This document shows, piece by piece, positions 22,201 through 35,950 of a DNA stretch of 35,950 nucleotides (position 1 is its first letter; each line of letters begins with the position of its first letter). The DNA is from Catajapyx aquilonaris. Its lineage: Eukaryota. The stretch spans positions 1-35,950 of the forward strand of contig JYFJ02003964.1 of NCBI GenBank assembly GCA_000934665.2, given 5' to 3'. The translations under genes and the position numbers were made by a program. The notes beneath the pieces were generated by a model, which was given only the letters and a program-made list of their open reading frames with translations, was not told the DNA's origin and searched no databases.

Positions 22201-22590
22201 TCACCAAGGTAATAAGTACAAGTAACTTTAGAAAATTCATTAAGCATTGTGTTGCATGTGGGTTATTACTTTCGGAGCAGGCCGTGTCACTGCTGAGTCA
22301 TTTTGCCATTGCATATATAATTATGCAATTCAGCTTCATTGTTTTTCTGCGAAATGAGCTTGTTATTTTCCCAACTGCTACATATACAGAGCATTGATTT
22401 TTGTCCATGCCATGTGACGGAGCAGTTCTAGTATATCAAATATGTATACAGCACTTGCACCCCTGTGCATTTTTCTGTGACATATTCATGAAAGTTCTTT
22501 TTTTCTTGTTTGTTGCAGGACATGTCTGAATCAATAGCAGGCCAGATGAAATTCAGATGTGGGTCAAGTGTGGGACGGGCAAAAAGTTGA
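19174..22590 (+). CDS. Putative spliced upstream ORF in the MBTPS1 leader (40 aa: MEEEWGKMARREQ-VITK-DMSESIAGQMKFRCGSSVGRAKS); exons 19174-19212, 22197-22208, 22519-22590
   Basis: Donor CAG|GTCGGG at 19212. Micro-exon ttgcag|GTTATCACCAAG|gtaata. Strong acceptor tttgttgcag at 22518. All junctions are phase 0 and the frame stays open to TGA 22588-22590. Confidence 0.45.
19766..19930. repeat. Cluster of GCACTCCA / TGGAGTGC direct and inverted motifs (likely MITE remnant)
   Basis: GCACTCCAAA at 19771 and 19791, TTGGAGTGCA at ~19808, GCACTCCC at ~19878, and the palindrome CACTCCAGAATAATTCTGGAGTG at ~19899-19921. Confidence 0.5.
20467..21162. repeat. Long inverted repeat (~210-bp arms, ~270-bp spacer)
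   Basis: The left arm (20467-~20676) is the reverse complement of ~20949-21162, e.g. CCTTAAAAAGTTGTGAGATCATGGGTGGACACCAAGCCTCTTTGTGAGACT versus AGTCTCACAAAGAGGCTTGGTGTCCACCCATGATCTCACAACTTTTTAAGG. Internal ACTTGGC..AGACTAT subrepeats. Confidence 0.9.
20815..20941. mobile_element. Small Tc1/mariner-type MITE nested in the spacer of the long inverted repeat
   Basis: TA|CAGGGTGTT...AACACCTTG|TA with a TA TSD. Internal arms CCTGAGCACCA / TGGTGCTCAGG. Confidence 0.7.
21607..22133. mobile_element. hAT-type MITE with TAACCGGTTA subterminal repeats
   Basis: TIR TAGGGCTGTGCGGTTA / TAACTGCACAGCCCTA. 8-bp TSD GATGTAGT / GGTGTAGT (7/8). Repeated AATAACCGGTTAT near both ends. Confidence 0.85.
21811..22027. 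mobile_element. Palindromic element nested inside the hAT MITE (Harbinger-like ends)
   Basis: GAGCTACAC / GTGCAGCTC termini, resembling the 812-982 element. Internal arms GCCGAGTAGG / CCTGCTCGGC and AGTAGCCTACT / AGTAGGCTACT. Confidence 0.5.
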
Positions 22591-22661
22591 TGGTTGGGAG
22601 AAGTCCCAGCAGGACACTAAAGTGACATTCAAGTGAGGCAGTGTTGTTGGGAGGAGCAAAG

Positions 22662-29111
<6,450 letters not shown>

Positions 29112-30483
29112 GGACAGTTTTAGTGTTGTGGACTGGGGAATTTAACACAAGAGTTGTGCAATCTAGTTATTTAAGTGGTGGAACCTCGACCGATGAATTT
29201 AAACCAAAAAGGAAGCCCATACGGGATCAGACATTAATGCTGACTTTTAAAGAAATATGCATGCTCTTTTCCACTGAGAAATATGATGTCATTACCTCCT
29301 CCCTAATGTAAATTAACTTATATGATATTATATGACCGTGTGTCTGCTTCACTTTTTACATTTAGGAGATGATTGCGATTGTTATTTGAATACCTCTTCC
29401 TTTTCACACTGTGTTCAAAAGCGCGACTTTTTATTACCATTGTTATTATTTTTTGCACTGATCTTGTGTTTGGCTGTGCTAATGAAATCATTTGCTTCTT
29501 TTTTATATACTTCCTTCATCTACACCCAATTCCATTTTTAAAGTGCTAACAAAGGCTTTAATTTAATTTGAGTGCTCCAATATTCTTATGTTCCCAGTGA
29601 GTGCATTTAAGTGTATGGAAGCGACCCAACCACTTAGCAATTTGGTGCTAATTTGTACATAATGAGTGACCTCTTTTGTTGTACAAACAGTAATATTATG
29701 TTTTTCTTGTCACATAATAGTAACATAAATGTGTTTTTGGTACAACCTGTTTGACTTTATTGTCATTTCCTGGAGAGTATGTCATTTCAGGTCAGTATAT
29801 GAAGAGTGGTTTTCAAATGTCGCAGCATAAACCTGTAAGTTAGGCAAGTGCCAGTTATTGCGTGATTGGTTCTCAGATTACATCCACCTGGATAGTCACT
29901 GCAACATGAGAAAAGATTTCGCCAGTTGTTTTTGTTTAGACTTCTGGATTCCAGTAGTCAGTGATTTTTGTGTGACAATGTGTGAGCCATGTCAGGATGA
30001 TTATGGTAATGTAAGTCCAAAAGCACTTACATAATTCTGTTGGATGCTCATGGTTGAGATACTGGTTGTTGATTACGTAATTTTTTAAAGGTGGATGATG
30101 TCATATGGGGAATTTTTGAAAGCATAGATTGACCTAAAATACATGCTTAGCTTGAAGGTGTTGAACATGCTTTGAACATTCAAATGAGAGGTAAATGAAA
30201 TACAGTAGGCTACTGGTCTGCTGTGTGCCAAAGCTGCTAGATTCAGATGGAAATGAAGAGATGTAAAGGGTTTACAGATATGGACAATGTATAGCACAGC
30301 TGTCTCACAGATGCTGTACAGGCTGTACTCTTCTAGGAAACCTTTTGGACCAAACACAGGAATATTCAGAATAATTGTTCATATGTTAGATCCATAACAA
30401 TTATTAGATAAATTGCATTAACCTATATAACATCTCAGTCAGAAGTTTGCTCATTTCCAATCATGGGTAATGGATAAATGTCA

Positions 30484-31077
30484 TTATTTTTTACTTGTGC
30501 AAGTATATGAATATTTCCCACCCAAATGACTAAACAGTACGTGGAGTCGTTGAATCTCACGGCCCTCTACTAGTAGGTTTCCTTCATCTTGGTCAGAGCG
30601 CATCATCAAAATCATCAAATCATGCGGCAATATCCAGCATGGTATTTTTGGAACTAAAGCTCTGCTGATGCTTAAACGTTTTGCTCCTGAATATTCCAAG
30701 CTGTGAATTGCAATGATTTTCCCGGAATGACTAGATTCTACTACATAGAACAAAATACTTGCATCGATGCCATTATTTTGCAGGCATTGCATCCACGATG
30801 CCCATTTAAATATTTGTGGCCAATATTATTCATAACCAAAGTGTGGATCAATATGGCTCTAGACATGAGAGACATCTCGTCTAATGCAAAAATACTTATT
30901 GCCAAGATGGATAAAAGGGTGCCGCATTCTATCCATATTGCTTCTTGCTAGTACCCAGTTCAACAAGGGAGTAGATGGAAAATGTAATATTGTTCACCCC
31001 AGAAGCCATTTCAAAGAGAAGCTACTAGAAGCAACCATTTGATAGCCAAACCGCTTTAATTCGAGGTTAATGATCAT
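30484..31077 (-). pseudogene. Possible decayed orphan reading frame (198 codons, 3 internal stops), origin unknown
   Basis: One frame runs from ATG 31077 (MIINLELKRFGYQ...) to TAA 30484, broken only by TGA (30996), TAG (30861) and TAA (30828) in AT-rich DNA. No family recognised. Confidence 0.35.
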
Positions 31078-31171
31078 GTCGCTTACTTATTATGTGACTG
31101 GCTGGAGTGAACAATACACCCTTTTTGACCTGGTGATTTGGAAAGTGCACCATCCTGTACACGCAATGACA

Positions 31172-31238
31172 ATCAAAGTTGCGTTACATTCAGAGGTATA
31201 GCAAATTGGTGTACCTCTGAATGTAACACAAGTTTGAT
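31172..31238. other. Compact hairpin with a 16-bp perfect stem
   Basis: GTTACATTCAGAGGTA (31183-31198) is the exact reverse complement of TACCTCTGAATGTAAC (31212-31227). The stem extends via ATCAAA / TTTGAT. Confidence 0.7.
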
Positions 31239-31299
31239 CATATAGATACGATTTCCTTTTTGTTTTCCATTGAATTCGCATCTCCGTAGGTGAATAATT

Positions 31300-31800
31300 T
31301 TGAACTGGCGCGCTCGTCGGCATCCAGCCAATCACCGTCCGACAAATGCAAGCACTGTTGCCAGACCAACGTCATCTCACCCCTTCGGTTACCATGAAAA
31401 CGACTATTTCATTTAAAAGTCCAATTATGGCACCAAGCATGACATCAATGTTAGCTCAATGTAACCCCAAATAAATCAGTAAAATTATCAGTGTTTTGCT
31501 AGAAACCGGCACGTAATGGCAGTCCTTCACCTGGCCACTCATTACGTCAAGGGCTGACGAAAGAGGCACAACTGGAGGGGGGGAGACGGAAGAGAGAGAG
31601 AGAGAAGAATCGGCAGTAGTTGGTTGAAGAGCAAATTGTCGTGCGGAAAGGAAGGGTCGGATCGCCCTTCAGCTGAAAGGAACGGGATTCCACGGCGGCA
31701 GGGAGGCACGGAGGACGAGAGGGACGGCCAGGAGAGGACTGCCAACCAGCCTGACAGCTGACGTCGGACTCGTTTCGTGCATCCGACCAGGAGTCATTCA
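31300..31800 (+). promoter_or_regulatory. CpG-rich HERP promoter / 5' UTR with CCAAT and bZIP (ACGT-core) motifs
   Basis: CCAAT 31328, ACGTCATC 31369, GGCACGTAAT 31508, TTACGTCA 31542 and TGACGTCG 31759, immediately upstream of the HERP ATG. Confidence 0.5.
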
Positions 31801-31831
31801 AGTGATAATTATTAATTGGCCTGGTGGTGTG

Positions 31832-34086
31832 ATGATGGAGGGCAGCGGTCAGGGCAAGGAAGGAGGGTCGGAGGCGGCGGTTCTGGTGGTGAGGACGCCC
31901 AACCAGCAGGTGGAGGACCAGAGGGTGGAGTGCAACCTGGGCTGGACCGTCCTGCAGCTCAAGGAGCACCTGGCCGACAAGTACCCTACGCAGCCGGTAC
32001 ACACTGTTGCGCCTATGGCATGATGAGGGCTGGGGGGGGGGGGGGNGGGGCATGCCGGCTTGCATTTAATGAGGAAGGCGGAGGCTGACATTCCGACTGT
32101 AGGCCAGCAGAAATCTTTCTCCCATCATCTTTCCAATCTGTTCCCCTGATATAGAGTGTATGTTATTGGCCTTGGTCGGTTCGGGCAATTTAAACTACTT
32201 AAGCCCAACTCACCTGTGATGCAAAGTTCTACAGACCTTGTGTAACACGAAGGGTGATGTACCACTCCTAGGTATTCACAAGGTTCAAATTGATGGCAAC
32301 ACTTTCTTTTGCTTCATTCCATTTGTGATAAAGGAAGGCAGTAGTTATAGTCTACTCCGATTACAGTATGTGTTCATTTTACACAATTTGTATGACGTCA
32401 TTCTTTGCATGGGAATGTTTTAACAATGGGGGCTGAAATCACTGCAGTGAATACTGATGCTTTTGTATTGCTGTGTAGATAATGGCAAAATTTTCTGCCT
32501 TTGTGTTCCGTGCAAAAGTATGTCCGCATGAGAATGCTTCGGACTCATGGGGAACATTTTAGTGCGGATAAATTTCAAACTGTCATATGCTATGCCTTGT
32601 GCTATACTCCGTAGGTCCCAGATTAAGGTGGGAACCCCACCCATTTTGTCCTGCCGGTCATTTGCATACATAGATGATGAATGATTAGCTGGGAGGAGGA
32701 AAGACTGCGCAAGGCTCCCATTTCAGGGAATGAGCTGATAAGATATACAATATATTGAATGCAGCTGATTCTGGCTGTTTTTCCAGGCAATTTCCAACCA
32801 AAAGTTGATATACTCTGGGCAACTGCTTCACAACAACCAGCACCTGAGAGACATCCTTCGCTTGTACAACGAAGGGGATTCCACTGTTGTTGCTCAGCAT
32901 ATTCTCCATCTGGTCTGTGCCCCACCTCGAGATGCCCCTTCCTCCCGCCCCAGTCCAGTTCCTACTGCTGCTTCTACCCACTCTCACAGCCCTCCTCCTC
33001 CTGTCCGCATGCCAACACCTTCGCAACAAGCCCAACCTCAGCAGCAACAGCCAGTTCCTACCCAGGAGCAGCTAATGCAACAACACATGCTCTGGATGCA
33101 GCAAGCTTATTCACAGTACATGGCTGGATACTGGACATACGTGCAGACTGGCGTTCTGCCCCAGGGTAGCATAGGGACTGGCTCACAATCAGGCTTCTTC
33201 CCAACCCCACCTCCGACCATGCTGGGCCAAGTGCCTATGGCGCCTCGCCCTGACACTATTGCCAATCAAGAAAACCCACAACCTGCTGGTGAGTTAAGTG
33301 ATGTTGGGTTTTGACACTGATTGTCGTAAAACTAATGTTCATTCCCTGTTAAAATAACCTTTTCTTTCTCAAATGATGTGTGTGCACCAGAAAGGCGAGC
33401 TGGTGCTGGTCAAGGAATGGCTGGGCAAGGGGTTGCTCCTGCAGAGGTGGCTCCCAGAATGGCAGCAGGGGGAGCAGCTGTTGCGGATCCAGGGGAGGAG
33501 GGCCCAAGGGACATGCTGGATTGGGTTTACCTGCTGAGCCGCGCCTTTGTCCTGTTCTCAATCGTCTACTTCTACTCATCCTTTGCTCGATTCATCCTAG
33601 TCGCTGGATTTGGCCTTTTGCTCTACTTGTGAGTTCCTTGTTTTATATCATATGTTGCAACTTGGCGAGCATTCCTTAACAATCTATTTTCAAATGTACT
33701 ACAGTATTTGGACCACAGCTCATTATTGAATGCCAATTGTTTGCAGGTATCAAGTGGGTTTCTTCCGTCCACCTGCGAGGACCCAGCCCCAAGTGCATGC
33801 CCCAGTGGATGGTACAGAGAGGGAAGCGGACGCAGGAGAGGACGTGGGTGATGGGGAGGAAGAGGAGCTGACCAGAGAGGAGGAGGAGGATGGAGAGGAA
33901 GTGGGGGAGAGGGATGGTGTAGAGAGGGAAGGCGTGGCAGCAGGAAGGAGGGGAGGCGACACTGATGCTGGAGATGCACCGACTGATGCGGTGGCAGTGC
34001 AGCCTCCCATGCCCCCCATACAGCTGGTGTGGACTTTTTTTACCTCCTTCTTCACCTCCCTCATTCCGGAGCAGCAGGTTCTTTAG
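31832..34086 (+). CDS. HERPUD1: Homocysteine-responsive ER-resident ubiquitin-like domain protein (HERP), 414 aa; exons 31832-31996, 32787-33288, 33391-33628, 33747-34086
   Basis: N-terminal UBL domain (LVVRTPNQQVEDQ..WTVLQLKEHL..YPTQP..QKLIYSGQLL..HILHLVC), WMQQAYSQYMAGY motif, RDMLDWVYLLSRAFVLFSIVYFYSSFARF membrane region, and C-terminal WTFFTSFFTSLIPE. HERPUD1 versus HERPUD2 not resolvable. AATAAA at 34363. Confidence 0.94.
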
Positions 34087-34710
34087 GGCCAGGCTCAAGA
34101 GTGGCCCCTCCCATTGTTATTATTGTGTAAATAGAGATGTATAATTTCCCTGTCATCATCTGACGAGACCAAAGACAATATTGTGGTATATAACGTAATC
34201 CGGTTACTTTTATTTTTTTGGTCCGCTCCCAATCCCTGCACTTGTGTGTTTGTTAATACCCCTCCCCCCTCTCTTCCCATGAAAATTTGCTTGAATCAAA
34301 GTTGTAATTGGCAAGTCCCAATTACAAATGGCCAAGGGATGATGATCCCTTACCTGTCAGCCAATAAAAGTATATATGATTTGCATCTGTGTCTTGAATT
34401 CCCATGTGTATTACAGGTGGTACTTGTGGTAAGATTGTGACTCATTTCGAGTTCTTCACCTGCATATGTACAGTACCAATGTTTTACATACAACTGGAAA
34501 GGTAATTCAACAGGCTTTGAATTGGTACACGTGCGAATTAATGCATCTGGGTGTGCCCTGATATTCTGACTGTAAAAGTTAACTATTCGTGGGATTTTGA
34601 TGAACCACTGTACACACTACGCTGTGTTAAATGCAGCTTCATCAATCACGTAGTGTATTTTTAATTTGTCTTCGGAAAAAGTCGCATGCATTTTGTTGCG
34701 AGTCATGTTG

Positions 34711-34790
34711 CCATTTTTTGGACTTTCATTTTTAACTTCTTTTTGTCGATCCACGGATAATCCGCAACATGGATAATCGGGAGTACTGTA
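34711..34790 (-). mobile_element. pogo/Tigger-like element end
   Basis: GGATAATCCGCAACATGGATAATCGGGAGTACTG|TA, whose reverse complement is TA|CAGTACTCCCGATTATCC. Same family as 24310-24390. Confidence 0.6.
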
Positions 34791-34939
34791 CATTTGCTAC
34801 TGTCCACGAAATCTCAATACGGTTATGAATTTGCGGTATTAAGTTTAACATGGCATATTAACATTCTGTCAGCCTGAATTTGGCCTGAATTTTTTTTTCC
34901 AGCATACAGGCACCATCTGAGATTGCAATTAACAATGGT

Positions 34940-35320
34940 GCGCCAGTTAATCGTTCAGTCGATAAAGTTGTTTTTGTGCCATGCCCGCCGCCTGGCGTGA
35001 GTTGAACGAACTCTCGTTGTGTGTTCCAAAATGGCGGCGCCCATTGTGCGGGGAAGTGTCCTATAGTTGCTGCGGGGGCGGATTCCCTCCCTCCCTCCCT
35101 GGGCAGGGTGGAAAGAAGAGGGTCGGATGAATGGCGGGATCGGGCGCGTGGGAGGCAGCAGCTTCCGGCTCCACCTGAGCTGAGAGGGTTTTAGGCGGCC
35201 CGGGTGAAAAGGCTATATCGGGACCGGAAGAGCGAAGAGGGAGAGGGGCGGAGGCGGGAGGGCGGGTGGAGAGAGGATCGCAGTAGTAGACGACGCACGA
35301 CGGCAAGGGAAGGAAGGAAG
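34940..35320 (+). promoter_or_regulatory. CpG-rich promoter / 5' UTR of the next gene
   Basis: Strong CpG enrichment and a YY1-type AAAATGGCGGCG motif at ~35028. Confidence 0.55.
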
Positions 35321-35324
35321 GAAG

Positions 35325-35388
35325 ATGGAGGAGCAACTGCGCCGACTGCACCAGGCCTTCCAGCTGCTGACCAAACCCAGCGACAAAG
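35325..35388 (+). CDS. Possible first coding exon of a downstream gene (MEEQLRRLHQAFQLLTKPSDK)
   Basis: ATG in good context (AAGATGG), first in its frame after an upstream TGA. Codons look GC3-rich and the peptide is amphipathic. Donor AG|GTCACT is weak and no downstream exon was identified in the window. Confidence 0.35.
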
Positions 35389-35950
35389 GTCACTGACACG
35401 TGGGGGGTGGTTAATTAGGAGGCGGCGGAGGGTTGGTTCCAAGAGGAGGGGTGGGTGTGCATGGCCTCGGGTGGCACATGAACTGAGCAGGTGCAATGCA
35501 GGGGGGGATCGATGGCCATGCCCCTCTGTTTCGGCGTGGTAATTGGGGACAGAGGGAGGGAGGGAGGGAGAGAGGTTTTTAACCTGACATGATTTCTGTG
35601 TTATGGCCTCATATTGATTCATTTGCGTATCACAACTGGTGATGTTGAAAGGAAGGATTCATAAGGAAAGGATAAATGGTTATGTAAGGCATGAGGTAAT
35701 TTAGTGTGGGATTAACATTAATGACATGGAAATAGTACTGTAGTAATCTCACTTTAACATTTGGTGTAAGTGCAGAGGATAATGTCACAGTATGTTTTTA
35801 AATAAACGAGCAGAAATGTCAAGGGGACAAGTAATTCATAATTCACAAAGAGAAATGGTTAAAAACTGAACAACTATTTTGTTAGCAAATGCTTGGGACA
35901 CGTTTTGTCTGGGGATATACAAAATTTGTATATCCACAGACAAAACGTGT

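Noticed and set aside
32032..32050. Poly-G run containing an N
   Set aside because: Uncertain homopolymer base call in HERP intron 1. It does not affect the CDS, and ORFs spanning it are spurious.
35061..35622. 112-143 aa ORFs on both strands
   Set aside because: Low-complexity translations of a purine-skewed CpG island, with no domain signal.

Overview
Intron-rich animal (probably invertebrate) genomic DNA, not prokaryotic. Reading GT-AG splice sites by hand gives frame-consistent models for five housekeeping genes: the 3' part of an LPCAT1/2-family lysophospholipid acyltransferase (+, 187-4974), a complete tandem paralogue (+, 10754-16249, 493 aa), CTU2 (-, 19094-16885, 359 aa), MBTPS1/site-1 protease (+, 22662-29111, 1090 aa) and a HERP/HERPUD ERAD gene (+, 31832-34086, 414 aa). 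A sixth gene may start at ~35325. Introns hold many non-autonomous transposons (hAT-, Harbinger-, Tc1/mariner-, pogo- and piggyBac-type MITEs, several near-complete hairpins) and one full-length tRNA-derived SINE with a TSD. Best leads: (1) a putative three-exon, all-phase-0 uORF with a 12-nt micro-exon in the MBTPS1 leader, starting from a compact CTU2/MBTPS1 head-to-head promoter; (2) reciprocal intron differences and motif divergence between the LPCAT paralogues; (3) an apparently truncated CTU2 whose frame stays open past the stop; (4) a decayed 198-codon orphan frame and a pre-miRNA-sized hairpin upstream of HERP. All gene models and family calls come from manual reading and recalled motifs, not database searches.
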